NCBI GenBank assembly: GCA_937888955.1 | Contig: CALAQW010000065.1 | Coordinates: 12,902 to 76,901, forward strand | Length of the DNA: 64,000 nucleotides | Source: an uncultured Alphaproteobacteria bacterium | Lineage (GTDB): Bacteria > Pseudomonadota > Alphaproteobacteria > UBA11222 | Direction of reading: 5' to 3' | In this document: piece after piece, positions 1 through 12,910 of the stretch | Layout: each line of letters opens with the position of its first letter | How positions within the stretch are numbered: the first letter of the stretch is position 1 | Translations under genes and position numbers: made by a program | Notes under the pieces: model-generated | Databases searched by the model: none | The model's input: only the letters and a program-made list of their open reading frames with translations | Told to the model about the DNA's origin: nothing

Positions 1-1
1 A

Positions 2-379
2 CAGCTTGAGTTGCTTGTTCAGGCGCTCGAAGGCACGCAGATTGCCTTAGCCCCCGAGCCATTGGAAACACTTGGCGCGCTTTACGCACTGCAAGAAGCA
101 ACCCGCACGATTGCATTTGAGGTCGCAGAACAACTTGATGGGCGCAAACAGGGCGACCCGACTGCGCTCATTCTGGCGGCACGGCGCCTGTCGCGCGATT
201 TTCAAAATGATTTCGCGGCTTTTCTGCAAGCGCTGAACTTGCCGGAATCCGCCGAAAATGCGGAATTATTTCGCCTGACGCGGGATATGGTGAAGTCAGG
301 AGGCTTGGCCTCCAACGTAGACCGCGCTAAACAGGGGAAATTGGCTAAATCTATGATCATGAAAGTGGGAAGAACGTGA
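2..379 (+). CDS. hypothetical protein, 5' end lies outside the window
   Basis: The frame is open from the window edge (no stop in codons 2-10) to TGA 377-379. The stop overlaps the GTG start of the next gene (GTGA at 376-379), suggesting translational coupling to the MoxR ATPase. No motif recognised. Confidence 0.4.
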   Translation, partial: QLELLVQALEGTQIALAPEPLETLGALYALQEATRTIAFEVAEQLDGRKQGDPTALILAARRLSRDFQNDFAAFLQALNLPESAENAELFRLTRDMVKSGGLASNVDRAKQGKLAKSMIMKVGRT

Positions 380-1356
380 CGGTGGCAAAGACGAGTTTCG
401 ATACGGACGGGCGCATGGATTCAATCGACAAGATCCATGCGGGGTTCGAAAAGCTGGGCTATATCACTAGCGCCCAGATCGCCACCTCCATTTATCTGGC
501 GCGGCATCTGGCTAAACCCCTGCTGGTCGAGGGCCCTCCGGGCGTTGGCAAAACGGAACTGGCGGTCGCGACCGCCAAGTTTCTCAACCTGCCGCTTGTC
601 CGGATGCAATGCTATGAGGGGCTTGACGAGTCCAAGGCACTTTATGAATGGAAGTATGGCAAGCAGCTGCTTTACACCCAGATTTTGCGCGAAACGCTCG
701 GCGAAGTTTTGCAGGGTGCCAAGGGGCTTGCTGAATCCATGGACCGGCTGCACCAATTTTCCGATGTGTTCTTCTCGGAGCAATTTGTCGAGGAACGCCC
801 GCTGCTCAAGGCACTTCGTGCTGAAGCAGGTTCGGTCCTGCTGATTGACGAACTCGACAAGGCCGATCAGGAGTTTGAGGCATTCCTGCTTGAGCTATTG
901 TCGGATTATCAGATCACAATCCCCGAAATCGGCACGGTCAAGGCCAAGGTTCCGCCTGTCGTCTTCCTGACGAGTAACAATACCCGGGAACTGAGCGATG
1001 CGCTGAAACGCCGCTGCCTGCATCTTTACATTCCATTTCCCGGTACAGAGCTTGAAAACAAGATCATTGCCGCACGCGTGCCCGATGTTTCGGAAACCTT
1101 GCGCAAGGAGCTTGTCGCCTTTGTTCAGGAACTGCGTGGTCAGGATCTGAAGAAACTGCCTGCGGTCAGCGAAACGATCGACTGGGCGCGGACACTCGTT
1201 CTGCTGCATGCCACCACGCTTAATCAGGACATGGTACGCGACACACTCAATGTTATTCTGAAGTTCCAGGATGATATTGAAACGGTCGAAGCTGAATTGA
1301 CCACATTGACCAATGAAGCCCTGAAATCGGCAAGTCTGCCGGCGGGGGCATCCTAG
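376..1356 (+). CDS. MoxR-family AAA+ ATPase (CoxD-like)
   Basis: Walker A EGPPGVGKTELA, Walker B LLIDELDKA, and QCYEGLD...YEWKY, ALKRRCL and ETIDWAR motifs. Collinear along its whole length with the paralog at 44268-45194. Confidence 0.9.
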   Translation: MTVAKTSFDTDGRMDSIDKIHAGFEKLGYITSAQIATSIYLARHLAKPLLVEGPPGVGKTELAVATAKFLNLPLVRMQCYEGLDESKALYEWKYGKQLLYTQILRETLGEVLQGAKGLAESMDRLHQFSDVFFSEQFVEERPLLKALRAEAGSVLLIDELDKADQEFEAFLLELLSDYQITIPEIGTVKAKVPPVVFLTSNNTRELSDALKRRCLHLYIPFPGTELENKIIAARVPDVSETLRKELVAFVQELRGQDLKKLPAVSETIDWARTLVLLHATTLNQDMVRDTLNVILKFQDDIETVEAELTTLTNEALKSASLPAGAS

Positions 1357-1389
1357 GAAACGCGACGGGGCAGGATCGGGAGCGCCGAA

Positions 1390-2877
1390 ATGGACCAGAC
1401 ATTAGGCAACTTCATCAAGGCATTGCGTAATTCCGAGGTACGTGTCTCCAGCATGGAGGCGGTCGACGCGCATCATGTGGTCGATCTGATCGGCTATCGC
1501 GACCGCGATATGCTGAAAAACTCACTGGCGCTTGTCCTGCCCAAGACCCCTGAAGAAAAAGCGATCTATGACTATACGTTCGATCGTTTTTTCGCGTTCC
1601 GAAAACTCGATGAACAAGATCCTGATCAACTGGATGACACCTTCAGCCCCGAAAATATCGTCCCGAGCCTGTCAGACGAAATGGGCGAAGGGGCCATGGG
1701 GGAAGGCGGCGGCGGTGGCGGTCAGGGTTGCTCCGCACAGGGCGGCGGCGAGGGTGAGGGAATTCCCGATATAACCGATGCCGTTGAGACGGCAGGCAAG
1801 AAAGCCGATCAGCAATTATCGTCGCTGTCGCGGATGCTGCTATCTGGCGATCGCAACGCGCTGGCGCTGGCCATGGCGGAAGCAGGCGATGCCGTCGGGG
1901 TCCGCAATATCAGGATATTCACGCAGAAAGGATTATTCAGCCGCCGTATCATGGAGCATATGGGACTGAAGGCGCTGAATAACGATGTGAACAGCCTGAA
2001 AAAGAAGGCTGACCCGGACGCCAAGGAGCTTGCCGAACGGTTGCGCAAAGGGCGCAATTATCTGATGCAGCAGGTCCGCGACTATGTGGAGCAGCAATTC
2101 ATGCTGCATGCGGATGTCGATGGCTCGCAACTGCGCGAAGAAGTATTATCGCAAGTGCGGCTCACAAATATCGAGCGGCGCGATTTCCGGCAAGTGCAGA
2201 TCATGGTGCAGAAGATGGCAAAACGCCTGATTGCCCTGCATTCGCGGCGTCGCAAGATCTATAATCGCGGCCAGCTCGATATCCGCAAGACGATGGCAAA
2301 GAACCACGCTTATGACGGTGTGCCATTCGATGTACGCTGGAAGGCTGTCAAGGTGGACCGGCCCAAGGTCATTGCAATCTGCGACGTGTCCGGCTCTGTC
2401 GCCACTGTCGCAAATTTCATGCTGATGTTTCTGTACAGCCTCAATGAAGTGATGCCGAATGTCCGCTCCTTCGCCTTTTCCGCGCGGCTTGGTGAAGTCA
2501 CCGACCTGTTTGCCGAAGGCAATGTCGAGGATGCGATGACAAAGACCCTGCATGAATGGGGTCAGGGCTCAACCGATTACGGACAGGCGCTCAATGATTT
2601 TGCCGATATCGCATTGAATGAAATCGATAGCCGGACGACGGTCATCATGCTGGGCGATGCGCGCAGCAATTACGGCGATCCGGGGTCAGAAATCATGAAA
2701 AAGATCTATGATCGCGCGAAATGGGTCATGTGGCTTAATCCGGAAGAAAAGAACACCTGGAATTATGCCGATTCCGTGATGCGGAAGTTCACGCCTTACT
2801 GCCATCAGGTGCAGGTGTGCAATTCACTCTCCCATCTGGAACGGATCGTCAGCTCCGTCTTGCGCAGCGCAAGCTAA
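1390..2877 (+). CDS. VWA domain protein, CoxE-like
   Basis: C-terminal VWA domain with a MIDAS-like DxSGS (ICDVSGSV), then MLGDARSN and WLNPE motifs. Same architecture as the ORF at 42941-44278. Contains a Gly/Glu low-complexity insert at aa 98-124 (nt 1681-1761). Sits directly downstream of a MoxR ATPase. Confidence 0.85.
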   Translation: MDQTLGNFIKALRNSEVRVSSMEAVDAHHVVDLIGYRDRDMLKNSLALVLPKTPEEKAIYDYTFDRFFAFRKLDEQDPDQLDDTFSPENIVPSLSDEMGEGAMGEGGGGGGQGCSAQGGGEGEGIPDITDAVETAGKKADQQLSSLSRMLLSGDRNALALAMAEAGDAVGVRNIRIFTQKGLFSRRIMEHMGLKALNNDVNSLKKKADPDAKELAERLRKGRNYLMQQVRDYVEQQFMLHADVDGSQLREEVLSQVRLTNIERRDFRQVQIMVQKMAKRLIALHSRRRKIYNRGQLDIRKTMAKNHAYDGVPFDVRWKAVKVDRPKVIAICDVSGSVATVANFMLMFLYSLNEVMPNVRSFAFSARLGEVTDLFAEGNVEDAMTKTLHEWGQGSTDYGQALNDFADIALNEIDSRTTVIMLGDARSNYGDPGSEIMKKIYDRAKWVMWLNPEEKNTWNYADSVMRKFTPYCHQVQVCNSLSHLERIVSSVLRSAS

Positions 2878-2893
2878 CGCTCTTCCCCTCTCT

Positions 2894-2914
2894 GCCCGCG
2901 TTATCAGCGCGGGC
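2894..2914. terminator. candidate hairpin between convergent genes (weak)
   Basis: GCCCGCG-ttatcag-CGCGGGC, a 7-bp GC stem lying between the VWA stop (2877) and the yjbH-like stop (2969). No clear U-tract on either strand. Confidence 0.3.
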
Positions 2915-2968
2915 TGCCCAACTACGCTGTTACAGCGTATCGCTTGCGGTACGCGTGGGACGATTGCG

Positions 2969-5827
2969 CTAATCCGGGGCATTACCCCAATTCGTGCCCC
3001 AATCGGCCGCATTGCCGCTTTCCACAACACTATAAAGCGCGGGCCCGACCCCGACACGCTGTCCCCCGTCACGCGTCAACGGCTTGAAAGCGAATGCGAC
3101 ATGCCGGCGGCTGGATTTGTTCAGGAACAGATCGAAAGGCACATTCATATAGAAGCCTTTGTCGAAACTGCCTTCCCCGAAATCCGCCGCAGAAACATTG
3201 GTGAATGTCGCAAACAGGCCAAAAGAAATGCCTGAATCAAATCGCCGCGAAATATCGATGGTTGCCCCCTTATCCTTCGCCAGATACCGGCCGACATGCA
3301 ACTGTGTGAACAAATCATAGAATGGCAGACGGTAGTAGATCGAGGCATGACCTTCGACCGTATCGTAATCCCTGAAGGATAAGAGCTGATCGAAGTCCCG
3401 CTGTCTGACCCAGTTCAGCGTACCGCCAATCGCGATCGGCGATTGATCGGGCCAGTAAAGCACTTCGCCGCCAACGCCCCCATACATCCATTCGAATATC
3501 CCCGCAGACAGGCGTGTATAGAGATAGTCGGCCGGGTTTGCGATGTAATCCATCTGCAAGTTGGAAATATGATCGCGCCCTTCCTGAAGGTAACGGCGGA
3601 TCAGGGTGCGCACCTGTGGCAAGGCGCTTGTACCTGCGGTTGTCAACTCATCGAGATTACCGGCGACGAACTTGCCCGCCGTCCCGCGCACCGACAGCCC
3701 CGGTGCCAAGCCAATGCGCGCTGACAGGGCGATATTCAGATCGGCCAGAACAAGACCATCGACACTTCCCAGATGCTGCCGCAATTTCGGACGAATAAAG
3801 TACTGAAAATTGGGGTAGGTCTGGTCGTTTTTCAGCGCGGTTATACGGATCGGATCAACTGCGCGGGAACGTTCAACCCCGGAATTTGCCACAAGTTCAG
3901 CGGTACCAACACGCCCGACAGCAAATTCTTCAACATCTTTTCTGGCAAGACTGACGCGATCACCTGCAACGTTTTCGATAACAAATACAATTGTAATATT
4001 CTCGATGTCCGCAGGCAGTTCATTCGCGGCAATCCGCGCGATGCGCATGATATTTTCATGGCTTTGCCTGTAGCGGAGTTTCGAGACGTAGATGGTCGCC
4101 TCACGGCGTTCCAGCGCGATTGATTCCGCCCCGAACCCGACTTCCGCCAATGCATCAAAAATCGCGGTTGCAACCTGTTGCTTTCTGGCAAGCAGCTCTG
4201 GCGTATCAGGCAGCGGGCCCGCCTTATTTTGCGCCACACTACCATCGCGCATCACGGCGATTGTCTCCTGCGCGTCAGCCGGCCCATAAGCGATCAACGT
4301 CACCTCGCTCACCATGGGGGCAAGATGTGTCAGAACATGTTGCGCCACATGCCGGGCCTGCTGTGTCTCAATGGCGTAGGATGAGCGTACAGTTACCCAG
4401 GCACGCTCCCCGGTAATATCAAACGCATCGATCGCAAGACCCATTTCCGCAACCGCGGCAAACAACCGATCCGCCGACTGCGCCTGCGCAACTTGTTGCC
4501 GGCGAATTTCAACCGGTGATGTTGCACGATAGGCCGGATCCGCGCTGACTAGCCAGATGCTGGACCGCCCGGCGCCTGCCAAATCCAGAAGCGCCAGGGC
4601 ATCCTCAGGCTTAATACGTGCCGGATCTGCGCCTGTCAGGGTTACGATCGCGCTGGCCGCGATATATTCAATATCAAGTATGTCTACGCCGGACGCTGAA
4701 AAACGCGCGAAAACCGCATCCACCCCGGTGCTATCATCTGCTTGCACAAGCGAGGGCGGTGGCTGACTGACGGTGACTGAAACAGGACCGCTGACCGATG
4801 CATAGCGCGGCAAACGCTGTGGTTCTCCGGGCCCCACCTGCTGTGGCTGGCCTTCTGTCTTGTCCCAAGCTGCCGGACGCGGCTCCACAGCTTTCGGCAC
4901 CGGGTCATTCTTCAACATGCCTGTCTCATGCATGTTGGCGCGAACAGCAACGCGCGCCATCAATGCATTCCCGCGCTCCCACCCCATTGAGAGATTGAGG
5001 AAATCCCAAGGCCGGTAGTTGAACCCGAAATTGATCGGAGAATCACTGGTGATGAACTGATCAACGACGAAACGGCTTTGTGGCGAACTATCAAATTCAG
5101 CCTTCAGTGTAAGGCCCCGAAATGGGGTGTAATATTCCACACCACCGAAAAAGCCGATATTGCGCCCACGGAACAGCGTGCCGAAATTAGCTTCGCCGCC
5201 AAGTCCCTCAAATCCTGGCCGGTCCCGGAACCCGTCTGAAAATTCGGCGAAAGGGTTGGAAAGCTGATTACGGCCTGAAAAAACACCCCAGCCAAAGCCG
5301 CCTGTAAAATCGAAATCGCGATAACGTTTACTTGCGACGACATACTCGCCACTAAAAAGCCCCGTACCGATAAAATCCTGAAAACCCAAGACAATCTGCG
5401 GCTTATATTCGCCTTCACGCAACAATCGCAACTTCAGATCGAATCCGCGATCTAAAAAGCTTTCCGTCTCGCTCGAACCGAAAATACCTGTAAAAAAGTC
5501 CTTGTTTGTCGGCACGGATGACGTTGGCGGCTGCCCATTTTCGCGGCGCTTGTCGGTATATCGAAAGGTTAACTGAACCGCAGGGAAAATCTGCCAGGAC
5601 AGAAAGTAGCGCCGGAACGGGCTGACATATGACACACCGGTATTGAATTCACCATCTTCAGCCATGCGTGCCGTAGGCATATTCATCAGGCCCGTGGGAC
5701 CAAGGTCATTCGGCGAATGCGGAAACTCTTCCGCCCTGGCGGTTAAGGGCATTATGGCGAGCGCAACCGCAGACAAGACAATTGTCCTCAAGCGGCGCGA
5801 CAGATTATCAAACAATGATCCCGGCAC
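2969..5827 (-). CDS. YjbH-family outer-membrane protein (exopolysaccharide/group 4 capsule-associated), enlarged
   Basis: N-terminal signal peptide (AIMPLTARAEE) followed by the YjbH-type motif DLGPTGLMNMPTARMAEDGEF. Gly/Phe/Tyr-rich beta-strand-like N- and C-terminal regions. A yjbF-like lipoprotein gene lies divergent to it. Confidence 0.75.
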   Translation of the reverse strand: MPGSLFDNLSRRLRTIVLSAVALAIMPLTARAEEFPHSPNDLGPTGLMNMPTARMAEDGEFNTGVSYVSPFRRYFLSWQIFPAVQLTFRYTDKRRENGQPPTSSVPTNKDFFTGIFGSSETESFLDRGFDLKLRLLREGEYKPQIVLGFQDFIGTGLFSGEYVVASKRYRDFDFTGGFGWGVFSGRNQLSNPFAEFSDGFRDRPGFEGLGGEANFGTLFRGRNIGFFGGVEYYTPFRGLTLKAEFDSSPQSRFVVDQFITSDSPINFGFNYRPWDFLNLSMGWERGNALMARVAVRANMHETGMLKNDPVPKAVEPRPAAWDKTEGQPQQVGPGEPQRLPRYASVSGPVSVTVSQPPPSLVQADDSTGVDAVFARFSASGVDILDIEYIAASAIVTLTGADPARIKPEDALALLDLAGAGRSSIWLVSADPAYRATSPVEIRRQQVAQAQSADRLFAAVAEMGLAIDAFDITGERAWVTVRSSYAIETQQARHVAQHVLTHLAPMVSEVTLIAYGPADAQETIAVMRDGSVAQNKAGPLPDTPELLARKQQVATAIFDALAEVGFGAESIALERREATIYVSKLRYRQSHENIMRIARIAANELPADIENITIVFVIENVAGDRVSLARKDVEEFAVGRVGTAELVANSGVERSRAVDPIRITALKNDQTYPNFQYFIRPKLRQHLGSVDGLVLADLNIALSARIGLAPGLSVRGTAGKFVAGNLDELTTAGTSALPQVRTLIRRYLQEGRDHISNLQMDYIANPADYLYTRLSAGIFEWMYGGVGGEVLYWPDQSPIAIGGTLNWVRQRDFDQLLSFRDYDTVEGHASIYYRLPFYDLFTQLHVGRYLAKDKGATIDISRRFDSGISFGLFATFTNVSAADFGEGSFDKGFYMNVPFDLFLNKSSRRHVAFAFKPLTRDGGQRVGVGPALYSVVESGNAADWGTNWGNAPD

Positions 5828-6015
5828 TTGGCGGTATTACCCCGAAATATTGCTTGAATCTGTAATCAATGCCTTCTGGCCCCCTGCTGCTTGGGATGTT
5901 GCCCCTTCTCATAGCAAACACAGTCCAAGCCCGCTATAAAGACTTTGGCAAGAATCTCCTTTGTGAGGCAAAACGTTGCCTAAACACGTCTGTTTCGTCG
6001 CGAGAACTTCACTCT

Positions 6016-6705
6016 ATGGCCCAGCGCGCACCTTCGACCCGGATAAGCCGACGATTATTCCTCGCAGGCTTAACATCCCTTCCGGTGGCCAGCTGCGGCA
6101 ATCAGGGATATCTGGATTCGCTTGTCGATACCGGTCGCTTTCTCACAACCGGCCTGCCTGGCGAGGAATTGAGCCGCCAGTACATTTCTGATTTACCCTA
6201 TGCCACGATGCGCGCGCGCATCGGGAACGGACCGCCGGTTCTTGTCGTGCTGAATACCGCACGAAACAATAATCTGATCTGGCTGACAGGCGATAATATC
6301 TCTTTAGTGACCCGCGCGGGACGGATCGTCACGGTGATTGGCATCCCCAAGGCCGTCGTCGAAACGGCCTACCTTACCCCTGATCCGCTTGCCAACAGGC
6401 CGCATTTGATCAGGGATGCCGTCAATTTTTCACATACGCTTACGATTGCCGAAAAAGCGCAAAGAAAAACCTACACAATTGATTCGACCCTTGAACTTGC
6501 GGGCGAAGAAACCATCGAGATACTTGAGCTTACCTTCGATACGTTTGTCCTGCGCGAACGATGCGAGGCACGTTACGCAAACTGGCAATTCGAGAACTAT
6601 TATTGGGTAGACAGGCAAACAGGCTTCGTCTGGCGGTCGCGGCAATATATTTCCCGCGAGTTTCGCCCCATCAGCACGGAAATTCTGAAACCCGCTGCTG
6701 TATAA
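6016..6705 (+). CDS. YjbF/GfcB-like lipoprotein
   Basis: ATG at 6016 gives MAQRAPSTRISRRLFLAGLTSLPVASCG, an RR-containing signal with a lipobox Cys. Family assignment rests on my recognition of the mature region and on adjacency to the yjbH-like gene. The ORF-track start at 5869 would add 49 residues before the signal peptide. Confidence 0.6.
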   Translation: MAQRAPSTRISRRLFLAGLTSLPVASCGNQGYLDSLVDTGRFLTTGLPGEELSRQYISDLPYATMRARIGNGPPVLVVLNTARNNNLIWLTGDNISLVTRAGRIVTVIGIPKAVVETAYLTPDPLANRPHLIRDAVNFSHTLTIAEKAQRKTYTIDSTLELAGEETIEILELTFDTFVLRERCEARYANWQFENYYWVDRQTGFVWRSRQYISREFRPISTEILKPAAV

Positions 6706-6723
6706 GCAACTCACTATAAGCGG

Positions 6724-10553
<3,830 letters not shown>

Positions 10554-10563
10554 CTAGCATCCC

Positions 10564-11412
10564 CTATCCAAATCCATCGAACGCACGACTGATCCAGGAC
10601 TTTTCATTCTTTTCAGGTCGCAAATTCCGACCGGTCAGCAGCGCATAGCTGTCTATGTACCAATCACTGCTGGGAAAGTTATAGCCCAATACCGCCGCCG
10701 CGGTCTGCGCCTCGTCAATGACACCAAGCGCAAGATATGCCTCTGTCAACCGATGCAGCGCCTCGGGCGTATGAGTCGTGGTCTGATATTGTGCAATGAC
10801 GGCCTTGAACCGGTTCAGCGCCGCCAGCAACTCACCACGCTTGAGATAATAGCGCCCGACCGCCATTTCCTTGCCCGCCAGATGGTCACGCGTCAGATCG
10901 ATCTTGAGGCGCGCATCCCTTGCATAATCGGTACTCGGGAAGCGGCGGACAACTTCCTGCAAGGCACGCAATGCCTCACGGGTCATACGCTGATCGCGCC
11001 CGACATCGGAAATCTGTTCATAATAGCTGACGCCGATCAGATAATAGGCATAGGCGACATCACGATTGCCAGGGTGCAGCGAAATGAACCGCTGCGCCGA
11101 CAAAATCGCCGTATCATATTCGTTCATCTGATATTTGGCGTAGGCAGCCATCAGCATCGACCGGCGCGCCCAGACCGAGTAAGGATGCTGACGCTCTACC
11201 TCGTCAAACTGCTCAGCCGCCTGAAAATAGCGTTTCTTCTGCAGTTCATCGATTGCCTGATTATAAATAACCTCGACGGGCCGCTCGACATATTCGACCT
11301 CTTTCGGGCCCGCGCTATTACAACCGGCAAGCAGCAGCAAACAGAATGCAACAGCACTTGCTGCAACAAATTGTACAAAATCTGATTGTCTCAACCCTAT
11401 TGCGCGGACCAT
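10564..11412 (-). CDS. bamD: outer membrane protein assembly factor BamD
   Basis: Lipobox LLLAGC after the ATG at 11412, TPR-like repeats, and position between lpxC and recN. The ORF-track start at 11469 adds 19 residues before the signal peptide. Confidence 0.85.
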   Translation of the reverse strand: MVRAIGLRQSDFVQFVAASAVAFCLLLLAGCNSAGPKEVEYVERPVEVIYNQAIDELQKKRYFQAAEQFDEVERQHPYSVWARRSMLMAAYAKYQMNEYDTAILSAQRFISLHPGNRDVAYAYYLIGVSYYEQISDVGRDQRMTREALRALQEVVRRFPSTDYARDARLKIDLTRDHLAGKEMAVGRYYLKRGELLAALNRFKAVIAQYQTTTHTPEALHRLTEAYLALGVIDEAQTAAAVLGYNFPSSDWYIDSYALLTGRNLRPEKNEKSWISRAFDGFG

Positions 11413-11626
11413 TCTCAACCGAGCTACAATTCCTGATGTATCGACACATTGCCTGCTGCTTCCGCACAAATACAGGATGTGTGACTATTCTGCGCCCTTG
11501 TTTCCAACCCAGACATGCCAAGGGAAACAAGAACCAAGCTAGTTCTGATGATTCTTACCGCAGTGCCCGCCCGGCGACAAGCAGCAAACTTTTTGTGAAA
11601 ATGGTCAGGCCCAGACAATACCGTGC

Positions 11627-12610
11627 CTAGGCAGCGACGCCCTGTTCCAGTAATTGGCCCGGCGCGACAAACTTCATGCCCGTGACCGTGCGGTTTGTCA
11701 GTTCCCATTTATCCGCATTGGCGAACAAGACACGCAACAACTTGTTATTCATCGCATGTCCTGAGCAGACGCCATGAAACTTACCGATAATGGCATGCCC
11801 CGCCAGATACAGATCACCAATTGCATCCAGGATCTTATGGCGGACGAATTCGTCCTTATAACGCAGGCCATCGCTGTTCAAGACGATATCCTTGTCCAAC
11901 ACGACCGCATTATCGAGAGACCCGCCCCGCGCCAGGCCAAGCGATTGCATATATTCAAGGTCCTGCAGAAAACCGAATGTCCGTGCACGGGCAATTTCGT
12001 TCTTGAAACTACCGGTTTCCATATCGATTTCGTAGGACTGCCTGCCGATTGCGGCACTATCGAACTCGATTTCCAACTCGACCGAAAAACCATCATAAGG
12101 GGCAAGCGTGACGCGTTTGCCATCCTCTTCAAAGGTGATCGGCTGCAAAATACGGATATAGCTGCGCGGTGCGTCCAGTTCACAAATCCCGGCACATTCA
12201 AGCAAGAACAGGAAGGGTTCGGCGCTGCCGTCAAATACCGGCACTTCCGGCGCATCCAGCTCGACCAATACATTATCGATCCGCAGCCCCGCAAAGGCCG
12301 ACATCAAATGCTCAACGGTTGCGACACTTACGCCCTGGCCATTGACAACCGTGCTACCCAATGTCGTGTCGCCGATGGCATCAAAACGCGCCGGTACCAG
12401 ACAATCGGACCGTTTCCGCCCCTCGACGCCAACCAGATCGCTGCGCAGAAATACGATACCGTGATCCGCATCCGCGGGGTAAAGGGTCATCTGCACGGCT
12501 TCACCCGAATGCAGGCCAATGCCGGTGCAGCTAACGCGGTTCCGCAATGTCGTCTGAAAGACGCCGCCAAACTCTATCTTACCTGCTTTTTCCAACCCCT
12601 CGCCCAACAC
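11627..12610 (-). CDS. lpxC: UDP-3-O-acyl-N-acetylglucosamine deacetylase
   Basis: Motifs TGIGLHSG, ATVEHLMSA, HKILDAIGDL and CSGHAMNN. GTG start at 12610. Confidence 0.95.
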   Translation of the reverse strand: MLGEGLEKAGKIEFGGVFQTTLRNRVSCTGIGLHSGEAVQMTLYPADADHGIVFLRSDLVGVEGRKRSDCLVPARFDAIGDTTLGSTVVNGQGVSVATVEHLMSAFAGLRIDNVLVELDAPEVPVFDGSAEPFLFLLECAGICELDAPRSYIRILQPITFEEDGKRVTLAPYDGFSVELEIEFDSAAIGRQSYEIDMETGSFKNEIARARTFGFLQDLEYMQSLGLARGGSLDNAVVLDKDIVLNSDGLRYKDEFVRHKILDAIGDLYLAGHAIIGKFHGVCSGHAMNNKLLRVLFANADKWELTNRTVTGMKFVAPGQLLEQGVAA

Positions 12611-12849
12611 CGCACTCCAATTCCTTGCAACCGCAAATCAAGGCACTGACAACATGCACCCGCATATGCCCCGGGAAATTCACCCGACAGGGCCAGTCAC
12701 TGCCGATACTCAACTACGCAAGACCACCTGAAAAAACTGCAGACTGACCGAATTACCAGCATCTGCGAATCACCAAGATTCATGCGTTGTTATTTGCTAC
12801 CAGCCCCACCTAATTGCCTCAAATCACTCTTTATTTCGTTTTGTTACGT

Positions 12850-12893
12850 AAAATATCGGCCCGCCGCCCAATCGTCTTGAAGCTGCGGGCCGA
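12850..12893 (-). terminator. candidate intrinsic terminator downstream of ftsZ
   Basis: Read on the minus strand: TCGGCCCGC, a 20-nt loop, GCGGGCCGA (9-bp stem at 12856-12864 / 12885-12893), then TATTTTA. Begins 18 nt after the ftsZ stop. Confidence 0.5.
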
Positions 12894-12910
12894 CCTGTCA
12901 ACTGTTTCGA

